From contig WAKM01000012.1 in the NCBI GenBank assembly GCA_015523335.1, positions 1,714 through 65,713 on the forward strand: a stretch of DNA of 64,000 bases, read 5' to 3'. The translations under genes and the position numbers were made by a program. The notes under the pieces were generated by a model, which saw only the letters and a program-made list of their open reading frames with translations, was not told where the DNA came from and ran no database searches. Shown one piece after another: positions 9,732 to 18,778 of the stretch (position 1 is its first letter; each line of letters begins with the position of its first letter). This DNA is from Archaeoglobaceae archaeon (GTDB lineage Archaea > Halobacteriota > Archaeoglobi > Archaeoglobales > Archaeoglobaceae).

Positions 9732-10274
9732 ATGTTTGATCTCGAAGAAATCAGGAGAAGGCGAAAGAGGTTGGGTTTAACTCAAAAGGAGTTGGCGAAA
9801 CTTGTGGGTGTTAGCCAACCACTCATAGCTCGAATAGAGTCGGGAACAATCGACCCCAAGCTTTCGCTCGTTAAACGAATTTTTGACGTTCTGGACGAGT
9901 TGGAGGGTAAAAAGACAACGGCTAAGGACATTATGAACTCTCCAGTAATTTACGCAACTCCCGAAACGCCCCTCGAAGAGGTTATGGAGATAATGATGGA
10001 GAGGGGAATATCCCAGATGCCCGTTTTGGAATCTGGTAGTGTCGTGGGTAGCGTTACCGAAAGTTCTATCATAAGGACGATACTTTCAAGAGGGAAAGCC
10101 AATAAATTGAGGGTGAAGGATTGCATGGACAAACCGTTTCCGAAGGTTCATCCATCCGAGAGTCTCGACGTGATCAGCAAGCTGTTGCTCGAAAATCCAG
10201 CAGTTTTGGTCGTCGATTGTGGCAAATTAATAGGGATAATCACGAAGCAAGACGTCATGAAGATTCTGAAATGA
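9732..10274 (+). CDS. XRE-type HTH + CBS-pair transcriptional regulator
   Basis: LGLTQKELAKLVGVSQPLIARIESG followed by two CBS repeats (ISQMPV, GIITKQD). Confidence 0.92.
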   Translation: MFDLEEIRRRRKRLGLTQKELAKLVGVSQPLIARIESGTIDPKLSLVKRIFDVLDELEGKKTTAKDIMNSPVIYATPETPLEEVMEIMMERGISQMPVLESGSVVGSVTESSIIRTILSRGKANKLRVKDCMDKPFPKVHPSESLDVISKLLLENPAVLVVDCGKLIGIITKQDVMKILK

Positions 10275-10764
10275 GCTCATCAAGCGTCAAGATTGAAATT
10301 AAATTTTGAAGGTTTGCGCCCCTATCTACCACGCTCAATATCGCCACGACTTTGCCTCCTCTCTTCTCGACCCTTTCAACTACGGACAAAGCTGATTTGC
10401 CGGTGGTGGTTACGTCTTCAACCACTACGAACTTCTCTCCGCTTTTAACGATCCCGATGCAGTCATCTTTAACTCCGTAATCTTTCTTCTGCTTTCTGAA
10501 GATAACCAACGGCTTGTTAAGTTTTAAAGAAAGAGAAACGGATAGGGGAACCCCTCCGAGCTCTATACAGGCTATCTTGTCGAAATCGAGATTTCCGACT
10601 TTTTCAGCCATCAGTTCGGTTATAAGCTTGAGTATATCCGGATACGTGCACGCGAGCTTTATGTCAACGTAAACGTTGCTTCTCTGTCCAGATGAGAGAA
10701 CGAACTCCCCAAACTTAAGAGCTCCAACATCTTTAAGCCTTTTTATTAGCTTCTCCCTCACCAC
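10255..10764 (-). CDS. pyrE: Orotate phosphoribosyltransferase
   Basis: FVLSSGQRS.VYVD, RKQKKDYG, VVVEDVTTTGKS. Confidence 0.94.
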   Translation of the reverse strand: MVREKLIKRLKDVGALKFGEFVLSSGQRSNVYVDIKLACTYPDILKLITELMAEKVGNLDFDKIACIELGGVPLSVSLSLKLNKPLVIFRKQKKDYGVKDDCIGIVKSGEKFVVVEDVTTTGKSALSVVERVEKRGGKVVAILSVVDRGANLQNLISILTLDELISESS

Positions 10765-11294
10765 GGAACCTCCTTAAGCTTTAGAACGTATGCTATAACG
10801 TTCACGACCAAATGCAAAACTGGAGTTATAACGATTCCGATGACCAATATCCTCATCGTGAAAAGTATGCCGAAAGTTGGAGAAATGCTTGCGAATGCGT
10901 AAGCTACAAGTAAAAACGTAAGCTGATCTAAAACCGGAAAGCACTTTCCCCTTTCAACTCCGAAACGTCTCTTGATGAAACTGCCCAAAGCGTCTCCGAC
11001 CATAGCACCGAACGCGAGCAAAAAAGCCAGCTGAAGGAATTGGTCGTAGGGGAGCTCGGAATACAATCTGAATCCAGCCAACCTTTCGATTAAAAGCTGG
11101 AGATGAGCAACGAGCAGACCACCTAAAACTCCTGCAATGAAACCCCTTATGGTTTTTCCATCCCCCAGTATCCTTTTTCCGTCTATGAATTTCTTGCCGA
11201 AGTCTATTGGAGTCCCTCCCCCAAATAGAACGGCGAAGTTGTTGGGGGTGTATGCCGGTAGCAGTAGCCATACCGTCTTTACGACTTCAAACAT
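10758..11294 (-). CDS. carS: CDP-archaeol synthase (DUF46)
   Basis: PAYTPN, GGGTPIDFG, GDGKT, GDALGSFIKRR, LDQL, LKEVPW. Confidence 0.93.
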   Translation of the reverse strand: MFEVVKTVWLLLPAYTPNNFAVLFGGGTPIDFGKKFIDGKRILGDGKTIRGFIAGVLGGLLVAHLQLLIERLAGFRLYSELPYDQFLQLAFLLAFGAMVGDALGSFIKRRFGVERGKCFPVLDQLTFLLVAYAFASISPTFGILFTMRILVIGIVITPVLHLVVNVIAYVLKLKEVPW

Positions 11295-11316
11295 AGAGCC
11301 TCGGAAATCGGTGGGT

Positions 11317-11336
11317 GATATAAAACTTAATATATC
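11317..11336. promoter_or_regulatory. Back-to-back TATA-like elements of the divergent carS/tes promoter
   Basis: GATATA-aaacttaa-TATATC inside a 73-bp intergenic gap; GGAGGTG SD precedes the tes ATG at 11368. Confidence 0.55.
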
Positions 11337-11367
11337 TTCGGTTTCAAAAGCCTGTGGAGGTGTAATT

Positions 11368-12912
11368 ATGGGAGATGAAATTAAACTTCCTTACAAAACA
11401 CGCTCACTCTGTCCAGAATGCCTGAAAGTTCTCGACGCCGAAGTTTACGAGGAGAATGGTAAAGTCATGATCAGAAAAACCTGCCCCGAGCATGGTGAGT
11501 TTGTGGATGTCTATTGGGGTGACGTCGAACTTTTCAAGAAAGCTTCTCGCTTTAGACACGACGGTTGGGGTATTTGGAATCCGATAACTAAGAACGAGAA
11601 CGGTTGTCCCTTCTCGTGCGGTTTGTGCAACATGCACAAAAGCCATACCGCTCTGTTAAATATCGTTTTAACTAACAGATGTGACTTAGCCTGTTGGTAT
11701 TGTTTCTTTTATGCTAAAAGAGCCGGCTATGTATATGAGCCTACTCTCGATCAGATAATTCAGATGGTAAGAACGGCTAAGAATCTGAAACCGGTCGGTT
11801 GCAACGCAGTTCAGCTTACAGGCGGTGAGCCGACGCTTAGGGACGATCTAATTGATATAATAAAGGCTATAAAGGCTGAAGGGATAGATCACGTTCAGCT
11901 GAATACTAACGGCATAAGGCTCGCCCTCGAGAAAGATTTCGCTTTGAAGGTTAGAGAGGCTGGAGTGAATACCGTATACTTGTCATTCGACGGCGTTGAT
12001 GAGAAGACGAATCCGAAGAACATAAGGGAGATTCCATCCATATTGGAGAACTGTAGAAGGGCTGAATTGGGACTCGTTCTCGTTCCAACGGTGATAAAGA
12101 CCGTGAACGACCACCAGTTGGGAGATATAATAAGGTTTGCCGCCGATAACATCGATGTCGTCAGGGGTGTGAACATTCAGCCCGTCAGCTTGGTCGGAAG
12201 CATGCCGAGGAAGGAGAGGGAGAGGTATAGGATAACGATTCCAGATGTTATAAAGAGAATTGAGGAGCAGACGAACGGCGAGATCGCGAGGGAAGATTTC
12301 TATCCCGTTCCGTGCGTAACTCCGATATCGCACTTCGTGGAGGCTTTGACCGGAAGACCGCAGTATGAATTCACCTGTCACTTCGCATGCGGAATGGCTA
12401 CTTACGTTTTCAAGGAAAACGGAAAACTAATTCCGATTACGAGGTTCGTAGACGTTGAAGGATTCTTTGAATATTTGGACGAGAAGGCTGAAGAGATCAA
12501 GAGCAGCAGAATAAAAAGTTTGCGAGCTTTGAAGAGCATTCTCGACTTGAGGAGGTTCGTGGATTCTAAGCATGCTCCGAAGAGTTTGGACGTTAGCAGA
12601 ATACTTTTCGACGTCTTAGTTAGGCACGATTATACGACGCTCGGCGAATTCCATGCGAAGACTCTGTTCATCGGAATGATGCACTTCCAAGACCTCTACA
12701 ACTACGACATCGAGAGGGTGAAGAGGTGCGTAATCCACTACGGAACGCCAGATGGCAGAATAATCCCGTTCTGCGCTTTTAACGTTTTACCCGAAATCTA
12801 CAGGGATAAGATTCACGAGCAATTCGGAATTCCGGTTGAAGAGTGGGAGAAAAAGACGGGCAAAAAGCTTAAAGATGAAATCTACAGAGTCGTTAGAAGA
12901 CCCAAGGACTGA
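11368..12912 (+). CDS. tes: Tetraether lipid synthase Tes / GDGT-MAS (radical SAM, MJ0619 family)
   Basis: N-terminal CPEC...CPEH and CPFSCGLCNMH, radical SAM CDLACWYC, C-terminal CHFACG and RCVIHY...IIPFCAFN. True start ATG 11368 behind an SD. Confidence 0.9.
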   Translation: MGDEIKLPYKTRSLCPECLKVLDAEVYEENGKVMIRKTCPEHGEFVDVYWGDVELFKKASRFRHDGWGIWNPITKNENGCPFSCGLCNMHKSHTALLNIVLTNRCDLACWYCFFYAKRAGYVYEPTLDQIIQMVRTAKNLKPVGCNAVQLTGGEPTLRDDLIDIIKAIKAEGIDHVQLNTNGIRLALEKDFALKVREAGVNTVYLSFDGVDEKTNPKNIREIPSILENCRRAELGLVLVPTVIKTVNDHQLGDIIRFAADNIDVVRGVNIQPVSLVGSMPRKERERYRITIPDVIKRIEEQTNGEIAREDFYPVPCVTPISHFVEALTGRPQYEFTCHFACGMATYVFKENGKLIPITRFVDVEGFFEYLDEKAEEIKSSRIKSLRALKSILDLRRFVDSKHAPKSLDVSRILFDVLVRHDYTTLGEFHAKTLFIGMMHFQDLYNYDIERVKRCVIHYGTPDGRIIPFCAFNVLPEIYRDKIHEQFGIPVEEWEKKTGKKLKDEIYRVVRRPKD

Positions 12913-12938
12913 TAGTCTGCCGAACATTTTATTACGAT

Positions 12939-14612
12939 TTAAGCCTTTTTATGATACGTTAGCTCGTTTGCCAATATGTATACGGTCATATCGACCTCAT
13001 CCTTAAGCTCTATACTCTCGATTTTTTCTCCGTTCGAAGCTCTGATGATTATCCTACCTCTCTCACTGCAACTATCGACTTCCGGCAATTCGGACTTCAC
13101 ACCGTAATACATCCTCATGATAGCCGATTTTATCAGCTTTGCATCCCCTTTCAAATCTCCTTTACCCAGTTGCTCGGCTTTATCGAAGCAGTGCATGAAG
13201 TTTATCGCAGTTATTCCGTAGTTTCTGAATACCATGAATCCCAAGGCACCGGCTTTGAGGTAGAACTCCGCCGCCTTCGGATCTCCTTTGCTCTCCAAAC
13301 CCTTCGCCAGATTCATGTAGAAGGTCGCTTTTACATCCGGCGGAATGGCGTCCCAATGCTCTTTAATCGCCTCAAGAACCTCCATCGCTTTGTCGACGTT
13401 TCCACCGCTCATGTAAAGCGAGCTCAGGTTACTCAAAGCCGTTACGAGATTTCCCAACATGTTCGTGTTATCTTTCGATAGTTCGCCGAATAATCTTATA
13501 GCCTCCTTGTAGAACTTCTCGGCTTTTTCTAAATCTCCTTTTCTGCTGTAAAGGTAACCCAAGTTGTTTACTATCGACGCCACGTTTGTCATCTTGCTTT
13601 TATCTTCTTTGGCTTTCTTCAGCTCAATTCTTAAAGCATCGTGGAAGCACTTTTCGGCGTTATCGTAGTCTTCCTTAGCCATGTAGAGATCTCCGAGCGA
13701 TAGCAAAATCGGAACCATGCCCTCTTCATCCTCCCTCTCCATTCTAACCCTTAGGCACTCCGTATACGTGCTCTCCGCTTTGTCGAGTTCACCCTTCGCG
13801 AAGTATAGATTGCCAAGATTGTTCAAAACTCCTGCTACGAATCTGCTGTAACTCGAATCCTCTTCGGATTTTTTAACATAGTAGTTCAGAACGGCTTTGT
13901 AGTGAGCTTCGGCTTCCTCATACTTCTTGACGAGAAGATATAGGTTGCCCAAAGTCCCCAATATCCTGCACTTCGTGTCGTCATCGCTTATTCTTTTAAC
14001 GAGTTTCTCTCCGACTTCGAGTAGCGTATCTATACATGGATGTCTTCCGTATAACCTGTTTACGGTATCGATGAATAGATTCAAGGCTCTGTCGATTTCT
14101 CCGGCTTTCAGACAGTGATAAGCCAAATACGCCTTATTGTCCAAGCTATCCACGAGTTTTTCGTAGTATCTAACCGCAAGTCTGTGATACTTCTCTTCCT
14201 CCAACTCTTCGAAGATTTCCTTCGCCGGCTTGCTGAATCTGAAGGTAAAGTTCGAATCCTCAAGAATTCCGAACGATACCAGTTCATCGATCAGCGCCGG
14301 ATAGTCCTCAAACTTTTCCGAGTAAATCTCTTCGGCGACATCCTTCACTATGTCGCCGTTCAGAACCGCAAGATGTTTAGCAAGCTCGAACGCTTCACCG
14401 CTCAACGCAAGCTCAAGTATTTTTTTCATATTTTCCCTTACTCTCGGCTCGATTTTGAGTAGCTCCTCTACATCTCCACCCTCTTCAAGCTCCTCGAGCA
14501 TTTCCTTTGCCTTGTTTGAAAGCTCTTCAATCTCTTCGGCGAGCTTTCTGATCTCCTCGCTGTCCTTCTTCTTCAAAATCGATTTGGCAAGATCCGCAAA
14601 TTCCTCCAACAT
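12939..14612 (-). CDS. TPR-repeat protein with acidic helical N-terminus
   Basis: Repeats LGTLGNLY, LNNLGNLY, LSLGDLY, VNNLGYLY, LSNLSSLY. Confidence 0.85.
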   Translation of the reverse strand: MLEEFADLAKSILKKKDSEEIRKLAEEIEELSNKAKEMLEELEEGGDVEELLKIEPRVRENMKKILELALSGEAFELAKHLAVLNGDIVKDVAEEIYSEKFEDYPALIDELVSFGILEDSNFTFRFSKPAKEIFEELEEEKYHRLAVRYYEKLVDSLDNKAYLAYHCLKAGEIDRALNLFIDTVNRLYGRHPCIDTLLEVGEKLVKRISDDDTKCRILGTLGNLYLLVKKYEEAEAHYKAVLNYYVKKSEEDSSYSRFVAGVLNNLGNLYFAKGELDKAESTYTECLRVRMEREDEEGMVPILLSLGDLYMAKEDYDNAEKCFHDALRIELKKAKEDKSKMTNVASIVNNLGYLYSRKGDLEKAEKFYKEAIRLFGELSKDNTNMLGNLVTALSNLSSLYMSGGNVDKAMEVLEAIKEHWDAIPPDVKATFYMNLAKGLESKGDPKAAEFYLKAGALGFMVFRNYGITAINFMHCFDKAEQLGKGDLKGDAKLIKSAIMRMYYGVKSELPEVDSCSERGRIIIRASNGEKIESIELKDEVDMTVYILANELTYHKKA

Positions 14613-14616
14613 CCAA

Positions 14617-15408
14617 TCACACCCTAAACACGATACCGGCGTAACCTACAACTTGGCTTTTATCAGCAACATCTCCGCTCGTGGAATAATCAACAAGCTC
14701 CGCATGAGCGTTATGTTGCTTAGCATAGAGCATAGCTACGGCTATAGCTCCGTAACCACAAACGCTCGCCTGCAAATCGTAAATGGTCTTGTAATACTTC
14801 GAAACGTCCATCGAAAGGATAGCCCTAATCACTATCTCGTCGAGCCTCCTGCACTCCTCATCGGGCAGATAATGGTGCATGTCGGATGAGGCGATTACGA
14901 CTATATCCTTTCCAGTTTCCTCCTTCGCAACTATTATCTCCTCCGCAACTTCCCTCGCGACTTCTTCATCCTGCAATCCCAAGCAGATCGGAACTATCTT
15001 GAATTCCCTACCCCGGTTGATATACTGAAGGAAGGGAACCTGAACCTCCAAAGAGTGCTCGTATCTGTGGGCTATCTCGTCCATGTCTATTATTTTCTTC
15101 GGAAGAGCATCCACGAATTCCCTATCGACTTCCACTTCGCCCAAAGGCGTTAGCCAAGTGTCCGTTGAGACAGCAACCGCAGAACCGTAGCCAGTGTGAT
15201 TCGGGCCTACTATCACGTATGTTTCAACCTGCGGAACGAGGGAGTAAACCTTTCCAGCGGTTCTGCCGGAATACATGTAGCCGGCATGGGGTGCAACGCA
15301 AGCGATTACCGAAGGATCGGGATTCGGATGAACGAACTCGTTAAGCATTGCGAGTAATGAATCCGGATTCGACGGGTAAAACGAACCAGCTACTACCGGA
15401 TGTCTCAT
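14617..15408 (-). CDS. MEMO1-family protein (AmmeMemoRadiSam protein B)
   Basis: PVVAGSFYP, PHAGYMYSG, GPNH, EHSLEVQVPFLQ, SSDMHH, CGYG, VVGYA. Confidence 0.93.
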   Translation of the reverse strand: MRHPVVAGSFYPSNPDSLLAMLNEFVHPNPDPSVIACVAPHAGYMYSGRTAGKVYSLVPQVETYVIVGPNHTGYGSAVAVSTDTWLTPLGEVEVDREFVDALPKKIIDMDEIAHRYEHSLEVQVPFLQYINRGREFKIVPICLGLQDEEVAREVAEEIIVAKEETGKDIVVIASSDMHHYLPDEECRRLDEIVIRAILSMDVSKYYKTIYDLQASVCGYGAIAVAMLYAKQHNAHAELVDYSTSGDVADKSQVVGYAGIVFRV

Positions 15409-15481
15409 ACTTGGCTATCTTGTCACAGCATACTTAAGCGTGTCGCTCATCTATATATACCCAGCCCCAGACCTAGATTCC

Positions 15482-16198
15482 GTGACCGTGCTGATATTCA
15501 GCGGTGGGCTGGATTCGACCACTCTGCTATGGTTCCTTGCAAAGGTTGAGGAGCATCGAAGGATACATGCCTTAACCTTTAACTACGGGCAAAGGCATTT
15601 GAAGGAGATAGAGCATGCGAGAAAGATAGTCGAGTTCGCGAGAAATGATGGAATTAACGTTGAGCATAAGGTTGTGGACATATCATCAATTAGAGATCTA
15701 ATTTCCGTAGGAGCTTTGGCTGGAAACGAAGAAGTGCCGAAAGCTCATTACGAAGATAAATCTCAAAGGGCGACGATAGTTCCGAACAGAAACATGATAT
15801 TTCTCTCGATAGCGGTCGGCTACGCTGTTAAAATCGGAGCAAAAGCAGTCTACTATTCGGCTCACAGAGGAGATTATGCGAACTATCCAGATTGCAGAAA
15901 GGAATTCGTAAAGGCTATGGATACCGCTGTCTATTTAGCAAACATCTTTACGCCGGTCGAGATCAGAGCGCCTTTCATAGACATGAACAAGGTGGAGATC
16001 GTCAGGCTCGGCTTGAAGTTGGGAGTTCCATACGAGCTGACTTGGACTTGCTACGAAGGTAGGGAAAGACCCTGCCTAAGCTGTGGTGCTTGCATCGAGA
16101 GAACGGAAGCCTTTCTGCTTAACGGTGTTAAAGACCCGTTGCTCAGCGATGAGGAATGGTCGAAAGCCGTAAAAATCTACGAGAGAATGAAAAGATGA
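15482..16198 (+). CDS. queC: 7-cyano-7-deazaguanine synthase
   Basis: SGGLDST, YGQRH, VPNRN, YPDCR, TWTCY..C..C..C. GTG 15482 preferred as start (TATA-like element about 25 nt upstream). Confidence 0.95.
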   Translation: MTVLIFSGGLDSTTLLWFLAKVEEHRRIHALTFNYGQRHLKEIEHARKIVEFARNDGINVEHKVVDISSIRDLISVGALAGNEEVPKAHYEDKSQRATIVPNRNMIFLSIAVGYAVKIGAKAVYYSAHRGDYANYPDCRKEFVKAMDTAVYLANIFTPVEIRAPFIDMNKVEIVRLGLKLGVPYELTWTCYEGRERPCLSCGACIERTEAFLLNGVKDPLLSDEEWSKAVKIYERMKR

Positions 16199-16881
16199 GA
16201 GCGGAGATAAGCGAGATCTTCGAGTCCATACAGGGGGAAGGTATTTTGGTCGGAGTCAGACAGGTATTCGTCAGATTTGCGAGATGCAATTTAGCATGCA
16301 TTTACTGCGATACCGCTAAGAACTCGGAATTCTGCAGGGATTACATCCACAACCGAACGCTCAGAAATCCGATCTCAGCGGAATACGTTTCGAATTTGAT
16401 TAAATCTGCCAAGGTTCATTCGGTAAGTTTTACCGGTGGAGAACCTTTGCTGTATGCGGATTTTATAAGAAACGTTGAGAAAACCAAGCCATTCTACTTG
16501 GAAACGAACATGACTCTGCCGGATGAAGCTAAAAAGGTTAAAGATGTCGTGGATTTCGTAGCCGGAGACTTCAAGGTTAGGGAAGCTTTGCCGAATCGGA
16601 ATTACGATGAGATCGTTGAAAGAACTGTTAGATGCTTCAAAATTCTTAGAAACTGCAGAAGAAGGCAGACATTCTGCAAGATAGTTCTGCCAAATGATTT
16701 TGACTTCGACGAAGTTGTCAGCAATGCGGAATCGATCAAAGACTACGTTGAATGCTTCGTCTTGCAACCGGTTTTCGGGCAGAAAAATATTAAAATCCTC
16801 TTGGATCTTCAGAAGAAGCTTATGGATATCAAGGATACGAGAATAATTCCGCAGGTTCATAAGTATCTGGGGGTGAGATGA
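16195..16881 (+). CDS. queE: 7-carboxy-7-deazaguanine synthase (radical SAM)
   Basis: EIFESIQGEG, CNLACIYCDT, TGGEPL, PQVHKYL; ATGA overlap with queC. Confidence 0.93.
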   Translation: MRAEISEIFESIQGEGILVGVRQVFVRFARCNLACIYCDTAKNSEFCRDYIHNRTLRNPISAEYVSNLIKSAKVHSVSFTGGEPLLYADFIRNVEKTKPFYLETNMTLPDEAKKVKDVVDFVAGDFKVREALPNRNYDEIVERTVRCFKILRNCRRRQTFCKIVLPNDFDFDEVVSNAESIKDYVECFVLQPVFGQKNIKILLDLQKKLMDIKDTRIIPQVHKYLGVR

Positions 16882-17225
16882 TCAGGATGATCGTCGGCGT
16901 TTCCGAGACCTTCGATTCAGCTCATTTCCTTCCGAACCATCCGAAATGCGGGAAGGTGCACGGACACACTTACAAAGTCGAGGTGGAGGTCGAAGGAGAG
17001 CTTAGAGATGGTATGGTGATAGATTTTGAAGATTTGAAAGCGATACTTAGAGAAATCGTTTCAAAATTCGATCACAAGCTGATAAATGATCTAATCGATA
17101 ATCCGACATGTGAAAATATATGTTTGGCAATATTCAACGAAATTAAAGATAGATTGAAGGATCTGAAGGTAATTAGAGTTAAGGTTTACGAAAACCCCAA
17201 CAAATGGGCTGAGATCAGGATTTGA
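16878..17225 (+). CDS. queD: 6-carboxy-5,6,7,8-tetrahydropterin synthase
   Basis: FDSAHFL, CGKVHGHTY, DF, DH, PTCEN. Confidence 0.94.
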   Translation: MIRMIVGVSETFDSAHFLPNHPKCGKVHGHTYKVEVEVEGELRDGMVIDFEDLKAILREIVSKFDHKLINDLIDNPTCENICLAIFNEIKDRLKDLKVIRVKVYENPNKWAEIRI

Positions 17226-17230
17226 AGTTT

Positions 17231-18217
17231 TCAAATGTCTGCGATTCTCTTTATAATCTCGCCGGTAAGCTTTAAGCCGTAGTTCTCCAAAAACCTGAAA
17301 GTATCTTTGCTCAACTCTGCTGAGAACCTGTAGTTTTCGAAGGATTTCAGCACGATACTCTCGTCGAATCCCATCTTCTTCGCAATCAGCTCGGAAGCTT
17401 TAACTTCATCGAAGCTTTTCGCGTATCTCTTAAGCTTTTCGATGAAATCCTCAAGCAAGTCCTTCTGAGTTTCGTAAAACTGAACGTTGGATGCAAGGGA
17501 ACAGCACGGATATTCCCCTATTATTTCCTTAAACTCCATATGCTCGAACTCATCTTTAAGCATCGTGAAGTAAGGTTCCCAAATTGCTATGGCATCGAAT
17601 TCGCATCCTTTAAAGCAACTTATCATCGATTCGGGGGAGGAAAAATACTTAAACGATAACTCGGATACGTTGAAACCTAACTTCTCCAAAAAAAGCTTAA
17701 GGTTGCTTTCCATTGCAGAAAGCTCCGATGTTGCGAAAGTTCTGCATTCTTCAAGCCTTCTCTTCATAAAAATACCGCTTCCGTTGTATGCTACTACGCA
17801 ATGAATCCTTATCGATCTCAGAGTCAAGGCGAACATGGTTTGGGTTATAAAAGGAGAAACTCCGACATCTATCGTTCCCAACGCCAAGGACTTCGTAAGT
17901 TCGAGTGCGTTGTCGAATACCTTAACGACAGCCCCAACGTCATCGCAAGCGAGGAGGACGTGGGGATACTCCGAAGCTTTTAGAATCCCAACCCTCATCA
18001 ATCCTTCAATCGGCTTGGGCGCGAAATCTGAAAGCCAAACCCTCATCGATTTCCCCGCAACCCTCTCCCTAACTATAACGCCATCATCTTCGAGCATCCG
18101 AAGGATCTCCGAAACAGTCGACTTTGATAGCTTAAGCTTTTTCGGAATCTCGCTCTGCAGTATCCCCTCTTCCCTCTTCTCCCTCAGAAGGTTAATTATC
18201 CTCTTTTCGGCGTTCAA
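17231..18217 (-). CDS. Winged-HTH regulator fused to a periplasmic-binding-fold (SsuA/THI5-like) domain
   Basis: N-terminal GILQSEIPKKLKLSKSTVSEILRMLEDDGVIVR; C-terminal NGSG, DAIAIWEPY, YPCC; no signal peptide. Confidence 0.75.
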   Translation of the reverse strand: MNAEKRIINLLREKREEGILQSEIPKKLKLSKSTVSEILRMLEDDGVIVRERVAGKSMRVWLSDFAPKPIEGLMRVGILKASEYPHVLLACDDVGAVVKVFDNALELTKSLALGTIDVGVSPFITQTMFALTLRSIRIHCVVAYNGSGIFMKRRLEECRTFATSELSAMESNLKLFLEKLGFNVSELSFKYFSSPESMISCFKGCEFDAIAIWEPYFTMLKDEFEHMEFKEIIGEYPCCSLASNVQFYETQKDLLEDFIEKLKRYAKSFDEVKASELIAKKMGFDESIVLKSFENYRFSAELSKDTFRFLENYGLKLTGEIIKRIADI

Positions 18218-18753
18218 AGCTCAAACGACCTCCTCGTAACTTTAAGCTCACCCTCCCTAAGCTCGAAAAGTTCGACATCAACCCTTTGCCCCTCAACGTT
18301 CGCTATTATGAAAGACGGAATTAAAGATGCTTTCCCACCGCTCCATACGCCAGTAGCGGATCCGGGATTCAGGAGCAGAACGTCCTTGAAGTAAATATCA
18401 GCCGAATGAGTGTGCCCGTGGATGAGAACGTCAACTCCGAGATCGTATGCTATCTCCTTAAGCTGGGAAACATCCCCTCTCGGATAAACCTGATGACCGT
18501 GAATAATTCCGAGCTTCAAGTTTCCAGCCTTAGTTGTTTGTTGCTCCGGCAGTGGAAGATGATCCATGTTGCCAGAAACTGCTATAACCCGATCGCTCAG
18601 GTTTTTCAGGTAGTCCAGCACCTTTCTATCCGTTAGATCTCCCGTGCATATTAATAGATCGAAACGCTTGGATGTTATGAAATCGTCGATCTTCTTAGGC
18701 AACCACTCCGCTCTGTTGGGTATGTGCGTATCACCTATTATGAGAATTTCCAT
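18214..18753 (-). CDS. YfcE/MJ0936/Vps29-family metallophosphoesterase
   Basis: GDTHIP, TGD, GNMD, IHGH, GHTH, NPGSATG. Confidence 0.93.
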   Translation of the reverse strand: MEILIIGDTHIPNRAEWLPKKIDDFITSKRFDLLICTGDLTDRKVLDYLKNLSDRVIAVSGNMDHLPLPEQQTTKAGNLKLGIIHGHQVYPRGDVSQLKEIAYDLGVDVLIHGHTHSADIYFKDVLLLNPGSATGVWSGGKASLIPSFIIANVEGQRVDVELFELREGELKVTRRSFEL

Positions 18754-18778
18754 GTTTCTCAATAGAACGTTTGGACAC

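Noticed and set aside
11137..11367. 77-codon N-terminal extension of the Tes ORF in the track
   Set aside because: Antisense to carS; the SD and family N-terminus point to ATG 11368.
15482..17225. queCED as part of a Dpd/7-deazaguanine DNA-modification defence island
   Set aside because: No dpdA-like gene nearby; the canonical tRNA enzymes tgtA/arcS explain them.
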